Shown here piece by piece: positions 27,452 through 37,443 of a DNA stretch of 64,000 nucleotides. Position 1 is the stretch's first letter; each line of letters opens with the position of its first letter. The DNA lies in NCBI GenBank assembly GCA_040437565.1, contig JBDOQK010000047.1, forward strand, positions 1-64,000. The letters are read 5' to 3'. Under the pieces are notes generated by a model. It did no database searches. It was not told where the DNA came from and saw only the letters and a list, made by a program, of their open reading frames with translations. This DNA comes from Albugo candida. Lineage: Eukaryota. The position numbers and the translations under genes were made by a program.

Positions 27452-28985
27452 ATGAGCGCAATCAATCTGACCTCGATCGAAGTGCAGTTGCAGCAGATAG
27501 AGGACGGAATAACGCGCGTACAAGAGGAAGAAGTTGAGGCTCAAGAAGAAGAAGAAGAAGAAGAAGTACGTTACCTGGAAGTGGATTGTAGAGTGTAATT
27601 GCTTCGTAACCATCAATGTCCGCGTAATAGATCGAATTGTATTCGGCGGAATCGTATTCTCAATATCGCCAAGCAAGTCCGTACAAGTACAAACGCTTGT
27701 TTTGATCAGCGCATTATTTGAAGAACTTACACGCTGACGAAAGGTAGTAATAAATCGCCCACGAGCCCTCGACGATGTGTATCTCGCGAATTGATAGAGC
27801 AGGCTCCCAAACTATCCATGAAAGTATGAAAGTATGATTCGAGTGAAAGATTGAAGCCTAATGATACTGTTTGTTCAACAGAATCGATACCATGAGGCTG
27901 CAGCCGTGCCACATCCTTTCCAAGTCTTTTATCTGCTGCAAGCGATTGAAAAATCTATCCAGGTCGGAGCTTTATTGACACCAAGCTTGTACCTTCCAAA
28001 AGAGATTTGGCAGCAGCATCACGCACGTCTTGCTGGAACCTCTTTGAAGGCTCAAGTGCTGCAAATCTTGAAGCAAGCTTTTGATCGAATAAACGTATGT
28101 CGAATCGGACTAGTGAAAGAGTTCGCTTGCTGATTTGATGCTCGCAGGTTACGCTGCCCTTGGTAACGGAAAGCAATATTTCTGAATTTTCCGTTGCGCT
28201 CTCAGCGTTTTTGAGAGTGGCAAATGCGCAGCGACTCGTCTTGACCAGATCGTTTCCTTTTCTGGTCCCAGAAGCTGTCCAAGGCTCTAAAGTTGATAAC
28301 ATGCGAACAGACAATGTACGTCTTTGTCCATCGGACGATAAGTGATGCGTTATAGCTCCCTGTGAAACAGCCAGAAAACCAAAGCAGTACGGATACTGCT
28401 CAAACGATCGGCAAATTGACAAATTTGGCATTTGGATTTGGAAGGATAATAAAGAGGCAAGCCATTGCTGCAGTCGAACGTGTTGGTGCTGCTCCAACTG
28501 TATCCGTGTAAGTAAACAATTGATCGATTTTTCGTTGATGTGAAAGTCTGAGTGTAAATCTTGATAGACCGCAGCATGAGCTAGAAGAGTATGCAGCCTC
28601 ATTGTGTTCTTTCATCAGCACCATCCGAAACGTTGGTGCGATAATCACGCGTGAAATTGATAGCGACACATCAGCGTTCTCACTTATGCTGATAGAGTCA
28701 TTAGTTGGCGTGAAAGCCATTAATATTGATGCAGAAAGCCTCAAAGATCGTCAGAAATTTTCACCTCGACTGGATGCTTCAACGCTAGACAATCTGAGGA
28801 GTCTAGGTACGATTGCAATGTACCTTTGGCTCATCTTTTCTGACACTCGAAAAAAAGCATTCTTTCTCGACGAAGTGGTTTGTGAGATTGTACTACGCGA
28901 TACATCTGTTCTTTTGGAGACATATATCCGTAGTATGACGCGCCAATTTGGCGATTTTACATTCGAATACGCAACACAATCGTAA
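27452..28985 (+). CDS. Multi-exon conserved helical domain: a separate gene or the C-terminal part of the DENN gene
   Basis: Exon-like pieces with GT-AG borders: MSAINLTSIEVQLQQ...EEEEEEE; FYLLQAIEKSIQVGALLTPSLYLPKEIWQQHHARL; KLTNLAFGFGRIIKRQA; FLDEVVCEIVLRDTSVLLETYIRS. These resemble the C-terminal region of some fungal MIT-domain proteins (from memory). Confidence 0.6.
27545..27565 (+). repeat. (GAA)7 microsatellite encoding poly-Glu
   Basis: Seen directly in the sequence. Confidence 0.8.
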
Positions 28986-29233
28986 GCGCTAATTCAATGT
29001 TTCCTTTGGATAATGCTTCCCTTTTTTTATCCAATCGTTGACACCTGCTCGGTAGTATACTGCTAGCAATACCGGTTTATACCTTAATGTTATTGACAGA
29101 ACGCTTAAAAGTAAAAAAGAGAGAATCAAATGCGAATTTGCTGATCATTTCTCTATTTGTAGCCAAAATAATCGAGAAAATCTTCCGGTAATCTCACACC
29201 TTGGACCATATACAAGCACTTGTCGCCCCATTT

Positions 29234-32200
29234 ATGGAGAAACGCTGCAAAAGCGACACAATACGCGAAATTAATAAGGAACACAGTGCATTATTATATC
29301 CTTCACGCAAACTCATCAATATTGTCACTCGTAAGCCTTCCCTTCCGATCGGAAAAGAATTCATAGCGTTGCCAAAAGTCGATACACAGGAAAAGAGTAT
29401 TCCACAGGTGCCTGCATCCTATTCCGCGGTGGAATCATTGTCTTCCTCGTCATTATCACCATCTTCTTGTGGTTCTTCCGACTTTAAATCACTTCCTCCA
29501 AGGTTTACAGTCACTTTTATGAATTCACCTCCTGATAGTCCATCTAGCCAAAGCACAGAGCACACGGAACATATTTCCGAGGTCTCTCGAAATGGCTTCT
29601 CAGATGACGCTGAGAACAAACAGAACGGTCTCAATACATCTCGCACGGAATCGTACGAGCATTCAGATGATATAGATACAGCTACACAAGTTCCCAAAGT
29701 TAAACCGCTGCAAGTAAAAGAATCACTTTCTCGAGAGCGAAAACTTTCGATCCAAACGACGAACACGAACGCATTGGACGATTCAATAAGCTCACCGAGC
29801 GAAACCTGTTTGAAAAGTTGCTCACTGGAGATTGAAAGCGTCTTCTTACCGGTACAAGGGATTAAAGAAATCGAAATAGAAAAGAATTTACACACTGTTT
29901 TCACAATTGACGTCAAGCTTCAGAGTGGTTTACAATGGAAAACACAAAAACGATATTCAGACTTTAGAGAACTCCACGATAAATTACGAAGAGCAAATGC
30001 AAATGTACGGCAACTGTACTTTCCTAAACGCCACGTCTTTCGGAATCGCCATCAAAGTGTCGTGGAACATCGTCGAAACGAATTGGAACGGTATCTGAAG
30101 GAAGTGCTGGATATGCGGACGCAAATTCGATTTCCATTGTACAAATTTCTTGAAGTGTACACACATATGGAGACATACGAACGGCGAATATCACGGAGAA
30201 AGAAGGAAATGGAGTCGGAAAGGATGAAAAATATGCTCAGTGGCGAGGTTTTGGAAGATTTCACACAAGCTTTTCGACGTTTATGTACGTCCAAATATCT
30301 GTATCATGAGAACAGCAGCAGCTCTTTTACTTTGACGTCTTCCGGGGAAACTGGCGAGCCCAAAGCAGAGACTGAAAAGGAAGAAAGTGCGGCCACAAAT
30401 CGCGCCCGAGCGTCCAGTTTATCGACCGGAACAGCGAGTAAGACGAAAATGAATGGACACCGAAGTGGTGGTAGCGTATGCATCGTCAAAGATTTCTCCT
30501 TGGACAGAACTGATGTCGAGAGATCGAGTATATCACCAAAATTATCAATCAGCCGCAGTGCCTTTCGTCGCGATATTCTTGGCGTCTTCCCCGACATGCC
30601 GTCCAGCTTCTCCATGCGTCTCATAAAGGCAATGTCCGATCCCCAAGGCGGTGATATTTATATGGACGAGTTTCTACGCACGATTGCTATTGCTCAGTGT
30701 GGTTTAGTGGAGGACAAGCTCAAGTTTGTGTTTCAAATGTGCGATTTAGATCACTCGGCCAAAATCCAAAGTACCGGACTGACGAATTTCTTTGTATCGC
30801 TGTATGGACGCCATGTGCTGGATAAGCCGCTATATCGTCGGATTATCACCGATGCATTCGATCACGGGCGCGTACGAATGACATGTGAGGTGTTTGTTCA
30901 GACAATCAAAGGCTTTGAAGCTGCCGAACTTGACTTCATTTTGGGCTGGATGGAGACATTTGTGCACATTTTGTGTGAGGCAGCGAGCTCTCAATTGTTG
31001 GAATCGCAAGAAGAATTCAATCCAATTGTCCAGCAAAAAATATTATCAGAAGAAACGCATTTTTCAACGATGGAAATCGCCATTTTACAGGACGCATTCA
31101 ACACGTATCGCATCTCTGGTGGTGGTGATAGCGTGGATCTCGACGCACTGACCAATGATTTCGCTCTGGATATATCGGAAGCTCGATTTTATCGCATTTT
31201 CTCGAGTTTTGGTGCACGAGCAAATGGCTCGGATATCGATATTTTCAGCTTTGTCAATGCTCTTTCTATCGCGAGTCGTGGAACGGGACTTGAGAAAGCA
31301 CGATTTGCTTTCACGCTATTCGCAACGCATCACGCGTCCGAGTCAGAGAACGGCGATACAAACAAATTGAAAGATCGATTGATGACGCGTGACGATGCTT
31401 TTGCAATGCTGCGGTTGGATTTGGCCCAAAGTGTTCCGTTGGAAGAAAGTATCGTATCTTTTTTGGAGACAAAAGGCGTGCATATTGGCGATCGAAATGC
31501 ATTCACGAGCATTAGTCGACGGGATAGTACGATTGTAACCTCACCTTTGGTTTCTGGAACGGAACTTGGTCAATTTGTTGATCATATAATGGAAATGTTT
31601 GGGACAGAACGGTTGTTTTTGGACTCTATGAATGGAAAATCAAAGCGAGAACCCACACTTTCAACGCAGGAACTGGCTGCATGGAGTAAAAGCTCGAATT
31701 ATGAGATGGTATCTCTTCGTCTGATGCGGGAACTTGTGTTTATCGATCTTGGATTAGTGCCTCAGAACAAGGAAGAAGAACTGCTCATCGTGAAAGGATG
31801 TTATCGATCGTTTGATGCACAGAATCTTATCGAAGATGATCGATGGTACATCCTCAGCCGGAAATTCTTCCTGGCGTGGTGTCGATATATCGGCTTGCAA
31901 ACGCAAAAGGACGCAAAGAAGGAAGTTTTGGACGGAACTGGTGCTCGACCCGTGAAGATCGATAACTCGGATCTACTGGAAATTTCACAAACTCTGTCCG
32001 TTCTGAAACCAAAAGATCAAATTCATTTAGGAGTCGATTTTGAAGTGGTCCCTGAGCAGCTTTGGAATGCATTAAAGCTGTGGTACGGTGGAGGTCCTGA
32101 GCTTCCATGCAAAGTAGTCACACTTTTCAATGGAAAGACCGTTTTGGATATCTGGGGCGATGCAAAGAATCGAGAGAATGACGCGGAGAACATTGAGGAA

Positions 32201-34585
32201 ATCGATATTCTGCTGCAAGAAGCCGGTAAGGCTCAAATCAAAGACAAAGCACACGAAAAATACACGATGCTCGCACGACGCATGCGCTCTGGTGGATCCG
32301 TTGGCCTTTGTAATCTTGGAAACACGTGCTACATGAACTCGGCGCTTCAGTGTCTTTGTAACACGCAATTACTGGCGGAATACTTTCTCTCGGGAATGTA
32401 TTTGGACGATATCAATCGCACAAGCACACTCGGACTCCAGGGAAAACTCGCTCAGGTGTACGGGAAGCTCGCGGAAGATATGTGGTGTGCCAAGCAAAAG
32501 TCGATATCTCCACGTCATTTCAAAAAGACAATCGGGAAATTCAATGACGCATTCCGTGGTAACGATCAACAAGACGCTCAAGAGCTATTGGCGTTCCTTT
32601 TGAGCGGTCTCAGCGAAGATCTGAATCGAATCACCGAGAAACCGTACGTGGATCAACCCGACAGTGATGGACGATGCGATTCCGACTTGGCCGATGAATG
32701 GTGGCGGAATCATCTACGAAGAGAAGTTTCTATCATTGTGGCGCTTTTCACCGGTCAATACAAATCGCTATTGACGTGTATGGATTGCGGGTTCAAATCT
32801 GCTCGGTTTGAGCCGTTCACGTTCCTCCAAGTTCCGCTTCCGGAGCCCACACACACGACAGTGACGCTCGTACTTGTGCTATCAAACGGTATGCAACCGA
32901 CGAAGATCTCAATCCGACTGGAAATCGCTGCGACTGTGTTGGATCTGAAGAAGGAGATTGTCCATTTATGCATCAGTGAGCTCGATGTGATTCGTGTCAC
33001 GGAAAGCGATATCAAAATATCAGAGTACAGTGGATCGATGATCATATCCTACAAAGCGGATTCTCGGCGTATTGGACAAATACGCAGTATCGATCATTTG
33101 ATGGCATTCCAATTGGAACCGATACAGCCGGAAATCGCTCGAATTCTCAAAATGAAAGAAAATGTACGTGGCGATCCATTCGCCGATTCCATGCGATCGT
33201 TTTACGAAAAATTGTCGTCGGGCGCTTTAGTCGAAGTGAAAGTTCGTACGGCTTCGGATTATGTTCCTGGCGTTATTTTGGAATGCTCTCTTCGCGAGAA
33301 AAACGCTCTGGTGAGTGTCCATTATCGCGGGTACAATGAAGACGCTCTTTTGGTGCCTATGAGTCACGTTCGACCGCGTCAGCCTCGACTTTTGTGTATC
33401 CCACTGATCTCAAGAAAACTCCATTATTCAGCGGTTTACTTTAAAAATCCATTCCGTCCGACGCCATTTGGTATCTCGAATCTCGTTCGTTTGTGTCCCG
33501 AACGAACCACAGGAATGGATTTGTATCAGCTCGTATGCAAAAGGATGAAGCAATTCCTGGGAGATTGGCCATCGCCTTCATTATGGCCTTCCAATGACGC
33601 GAGAATTCAAACGTGTGTGAGTGAAATTGACGATGTGTTTCAGCGATCTCAATGCGGTTTTTTACTTCGACGAGTGGATATGAAAGGCCTTACGGACTCA
33701 CGTTCCCCGTGGCTGAAACGAAGTTTTGGATGCACAATTCCATGCACACTGATGCCATTAGACCTCGTGGAAGAAGAAGCGATTGCGATTGATTGGGATC
33801 TCACAATGTTTCAAAATCGAAGCAATTTGGAACGAATGAAACGGATGGACGATCATAAAAGTATTGCGCGTAACGATGCGATCGATAAAGGACCCGTTCC
33901 TCTGACACGATGTCTCGAGGATTTCACAGCGGAAGAGCGTATTCATGAAGGCTACTGTTCGAGTTGCTGTAAGCATTTGGAGATGACAAAAAAGCTGGAA
34001 ATTTGGAGACTTCCGCCTGTGATGGTAATCCATCTAAAGCGATTCCAATACACACAAACGTATCGTCGAAAATTACTATCGCTGGTCGAATTTCCGATCA
34101 GAGAATTGGATTTAGGACCGTGTGTTGCACCGCATGTGGAATTCCCAGCGCGATATCCCATGAAGAAAGACACGGAAGAACCTGTGAATGAGACGGAAGT
34201 GAACGAGGAAGCACGACTTCGTGCGGCGAATCGATCACACCGAGGCTATACCAACACGAATCTCGATCAATCGCGGTGTTTAGAGACGCTTTACGACTTG
34301 TATGGCGTCGTGAATCATCATGGCGCTCTCGGGGGCGGACACTATACGGCGTTTGCCAAGAACTTTCGAGACGAACAGTGGTATTACTACGACGATGAAC
34401 GTGTTCGTGTGGTGGAAGAGAGCAAAATTGTGAGTTCAGCGGCTTATTTATTGTTTTACATTCGGAACGATATGAAAGGTGTTATGGTGAAAGACATGTA
34501 CCCACAGAATACGAATACAAAGATCACAGAAGAAGATATCGATCGATTTGTGCAAGGCGATACGCATCGATGCAGATTGATGTGA
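29234..34585 (+). CDS. Ubiquitin-specific protease (C19), USP32-like, with PX - EF-hands - DUSP - USP architecture
   Basis: ~1780-aa uninterrupted ORF; the first ATG is at 29234 and the frame is open from 29201. PX: WKTQKRYSDFRELHDKL, FPKRH, RRNELERYL. EF-hands: FQMCDLDHSAKI, DIDIFSFVNALS. DUSP: RWYILSRKFFLAWCRYI, VVPEQLWNALKLWYGGGP. Cys box GLCNLGNTCYMNSALQCL; His box YGVVNHHGALGGGHYTAF...WYYYDD. Confidence 0.95.
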   Translation: MEKRCKSDTIREINKEHSALLYPSRKLINIVTRKPSLPIGKEFIALPKVDTQEKSIPQVPASYSAVESLSSSSLSPSSCGSSDFKSLPPRFTVTFMNSPPDSPSSQSTEHTEHISEVSRNGFSDDAENKQNGLNTSRTESYEHSDDIDTATQVPKVKPLQVKESLSRERKLSIQTTNTNALDDSISSPSETCLKSCSLEIESVFLPVQGIKEIEIEKNLHTVFTIDVKLQSGLQWKTQKRYSDFRELHDKLRRANANVRQLYFPKRHVFRNRHQSVVEHRRNELERYLKEVLDMRTQIRFPLYKFLEVYTHMETYERRISRRKKEMESERMKNMLSGEVLEDFTQAFRRLCTSKYLYHENSSSSFTLTSSGETGEPKAETEKEESAATNRARASSLSTGTASKTKMNGHRSGGSVCIVKDFSLDRTDVERSSISPKLSISRSAFRRDILGVFPDMPSSFSMRLIKAMSDPQGGDIYMDEFLRTIAIAQCGLVEDKLKFVFQMCDLDHSAKIQSTGLTNFFVSLYGRHVLDKPLYRRIITDAFDHGRVRMTCEVFVQTIKGFEAAELDFILGWMETFVHILCEAASSQLLESQEEFNPIVQQKILSEETHFSTMEIAILQDAFNTYRISGGGDSVDLDALTNDFALDISEARFYRIFSSFGARANGSDIDIFSFVNALSIASRGTGLEKARFAFTLFATHHASESENGDTNKLKDRLMTRDDAFAMLRLDLAQSVPLEESIVSFLETKGVHIGDRNAFTSISRRDSTIVTSPLVSGTELGQFVDHIMEMFGTERLFLDSMNGKSKREPTLSTQELAAWSKSSNYEMVSLRLMRELVFIDLGLVPQNKEEELLIVKGCYRSFDAQNLIEDDRWYILSRKFFLAWCRYIGLQTQKDAKKEVLDGTGARPVKIDNSDLLEISQTLSVLKPKDQIHLGVDFEVVPEQLWNALKLWYGGGPELPCKVVTLFNGKTVLDIWGDAKNRENDAENIEEIDILLQEAGKAQIKDKAHEKYTMLARRMRSGGSVGLCNLGNTCYMNSALQCLCNTQLLAEYFLSGMYLDDINRTSTLGLQGKLAQVYGKLAEDMWCAKQKSISPRHFKKTIGKFNDAFRGNDQQDAQELLAFLLSGLSEDLNRITEKPYVDQPDSDGRCDSDLADEWWRNHLRREVSIIVALFTGQYKSLLTCMDCGFKSARFEPFTFLQVPLPEPTHTTVTLVLVLSNGMQPTKISIRLEIAATVLDLKKEIVHLCISELDVIRVTESDIKISEYSGSMIISYKADSRRIGQIRSIDHLMAFQLEPIQPEIARILKMKENVRGDPFADSMRSFYEKLSSGALVEVKVRTASDYVPGVILECSLREKNALVSVHYRGYNEDALLVPMSHVRPRQPRLLCIPLISRKLHYSAVYFKNPFRPTPFGISNLVRLCPERTTGMDLYQLVCKRMKQFLGDWPSPSLWPSNDARIQTCVSEIDDVFQRSQCGFLLRRVDMKGLTDSRSPWLKRSFGCTIPCTLMPLDLVEEEAIAIDWDLTMFQNRSNLERMKRMDDHKSIARNDAIDKGPVPLTRCLEDFTAEERIHEGYCSSCCKHLEMTKKLEIWRLPPVMVIHLKRFQYTQTYRRKLLSLVEFPIRELDLGPCVAPHVEFPARYPMKKDTEEPVNETEVNEEARLRAANRSHRGYTNTNLDQSRCLETLYDLYGVVNHHGALGGGHYTAFAKNFRDEQWYYYDDERVRVVEESKIVSSAAYLLFYIRNDMKGVMVKDMYPQNTNTKITEEDIDRFVQGDTHRCRLM

Positions 34586-34685
34586 TTTGCGTCGGAGTCT
34601 AAAGCTCGCAGTGGAGAGAGAATGACACAATTGGTTACAAATGGCAATTTGTGTATGCAATTCTATCGCTATGACCGCAATCACA

Positions 34686-36990
34686 CTACCCAAAGCGTCT
34701 TCCTCGCCCGCGACCACGCCCAAATTCTCGACCTCGACCGCGACCTCGACCGCTTCCAGCGCTAAATTGATTGGAATAAGAAGCTTGCTGGAGTTTTGGT
34801 AATGTGGTGGGGATGGAATACGGGCATTTGTACTGATCCTTTCCCGAAGTATCGATGATTTCTTGCAGTTTCTCACGACTATTTGATGGAAGATCAAAGC
34901 AAGCGCCGTATGAATCTTGCGTGATCGTCAACTGCTTGATATTACTGGCAGTCTCTGGATCGAAATCACGATTTAACGCGTTCCAAACGTATCCTTTGGC
35001 TCGAATCTCCTTGGAACTTGAGAACAATACGGTCACATAATCGGGTGCTCCAGACATAATCGAGTGAGGTCGGGGCGGTGTGACGTGACCAGTGATGCAA
35101 GCCAATGCCGCTGCAAGCGCTTCTATCGGCTCTTGCTCGTCCAAGATCTCTTGAGCCTTTTCTCTGAAAATGGATATCATTGTTGGATCGACTTGGCTCA
35201 TTGACACAAACGCTTTTTCAGCTGATACTTTGATGAGTTCTTCTTGCTACAAAAATTACAAGCAGTTGGAATGTTGGATTTGCAGCTTAGAGAATGAAAT
35301 GAGTAAAACACGTACAGTTGGTTGATGTCGCATTATGAATTTATTGCCAATTTTCCGTTCGATGAGATCCAAAAGCTCTTTCTGGCGAGTTGTGTACAAC
35401 GTGATACAAATTCCTTTCTTCCCTGCACGACCCGTACGCCCTGATCGATGCACATACGTGTCGACATCGGCGTTTCCAGAGGCTTTACGAGGCGGTTCCG
35501 AATTGATCACGAGATCGACATTCATATCGAGACCTCGAGCAGCGACATCCGTCGCGATAAGGAGTTTGATTTGGCCTTGACGGAAGGCTTTCATGGTCGT
35601 TTCTCGCTGATCTTGAGCGATATCGCCGTGTAAGACTTGACAATCCTGCTTGATTTCCGGGTGTACGGACAGCTCATTACAATCTTTCTTTGTCTCTGCA
35701 AAGATAATCGTTCGAGCGTTCTGCTTTGCGTACACACTCAACAGACTCGCGAGAAGTGTCGGTCGACTTTGCCAGTGACAAGGAATGGCAATGTGCTGTA
35801 CGTCGAGAGAAGCTTGATCGTCCGAGTCGGAGACCAAATTGACAAATTCGTACGTCTTATCCATGTACCTATCGGCGATCTCATGAAGCCATTTGGGAAT
35901 CGTTGCAGAGAATAAGAGAATTTGTGGTTTGGAACCGGATTTCTGTGTAGCATCAAATATTCTCTGTATATCGTCACGGAATCCCATTTCCAACATCGTA
36001 TCGGCTTCATCGAGAATGAGAAACTCGCAATTCGCAAATCGCAAGTTCCCTCGGTCAATGTGATCCATAATACGACCTGTAGTGCCTATGACGATATCCG
36101 TTCCGCTTCGAAAGGATGCATTCTGCTGCTGGTATGGCGTTCCTCCGTAAATGCACACTGTTGTCAAAGTTGTGTCGAGTTTCTCAAATTCGGTGGTCAC
36201 TTGTCGAGCCAATTCTCTTGTTGGAGTGACACAAATAACGCGTGGGGCTCTATTTGGAACGGGTTTTTTCTTCGATTGGAGTAATTTCTCGACAACGGGA
36301 AGCGCAAATGCCAATGTTTTTCCCATTCCCGTGCGTGCTCTTCCAATGAGATTATTTCCGGCTATGATTTTATCAAAAGTCATCGCTTGAATGGGGAAAA
36401 GATGAGCGATTCCGTGTTTTTGGAGATTCTTCTTTGTCTGTGCACAAATTGCGAAATCATCGACTGACGGATTTGACGGTTTTGTGGTTGTTTTGACGGC
36501 GTCGTGTATCGCTGCAGTGGGCTCAATGGTGCCGCTTTTCGACTTGGAATCGCTTTTCGANNNNNNNNNNNNNNNNNNNNNNNNNNNNNNNNNNNNNNNN
36601 NNNNNNNNNNNNNNNNNNNNNNNNNNNNNNNNNNNNNNNNNNNNNNNNNNNNNNNNNNNNAAAAGTCATCGCTTGAATGGGGAAAAGATGAGCGATTCCG
36701 TGTTTTTGGAGATTCTTCTTTGTCTGTGCACAAATTGCGAAATCATCGACTGACGGATTTGACGGTTTTGTGGTTGTTTTGACGGCGTCGTGTATCGCTG
36801 CAGTGGGCTCAATGGTGCCGCTTTTCGACTTGGAATCGCTTTTCGATGAGTGCTTATCGCTCTTTTTGCTTTTGTGACGCTTTGGTGTTTCGTTTGTATC
36901 ATCGCAATCGGAATGCTTGCGCTTTTTCTTGTCCGATTTCGGTTTCTTATCTCTTTTAGAAGACATTTTATCAGAGCTTTTCACACTCAT
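34686..36990 (-). CDS. DDX21: DEAD-box RNA helicase DDX21/DDX50-like (nucleolar; GUCT region and RG tail)
   Basis: Lys-rich N-terminus, Q motif LFPIQ, ARTGMGKT, PTRELA, DEAD, SAT, LHGDIAQDQRE, ARGLD, HRSGRTGRAG, ALAAALA followed by a GUCT-like region, and RGRGRGR. One intron near 35250-35315. A gap overlap duplicates 36375-36560 at 36661-36846. Confidence 0.93.
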
Positions 36991-37443
36991 GGAAGAGATT
37001 AAATGGATGGAAAATGAATGGACTGTGAAAATTANNNNNNNNNNNNNNNNNNNNNNNNNNNNNNNNNNNNNNNNNNNNNNNNNNNNNNNNNNNNNNNNNN
37101 NNNNNNNNNNNNNNNNNNNNNNNNNNNNNNNNNNGAATGGACTGTGAAAATTATGTGGCACACATTGCAAAAAAAAAGTTGTAAAAACGTGTTTTTTGAT
37201 TGTGGAAATGCTACACACACGTAAGATCGCTACAGACTACCGACAGAAGCAATTTTCAGCAATTTCCTATCGCAAAACGATGAGAATTTCTATTCATTCG
37301 AATTGAAAGATTGCGAGAATGGTTTTTAGCGAATGTCATTTGCATTGAAATACGATTTGCCAAAAACCGTACAGAATCAGGTTTTATCAGATGGAGCGCT
37401 TTATTAAAGCTTCTCTACAGAATCAATCTTTTTGTTCGTCTCG

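Noticed and set aside
27955-28602. 215-aa minus-strand ORF
   Set aside because: It is antisense to spliced plus-strand exons and has no recognisable domain.
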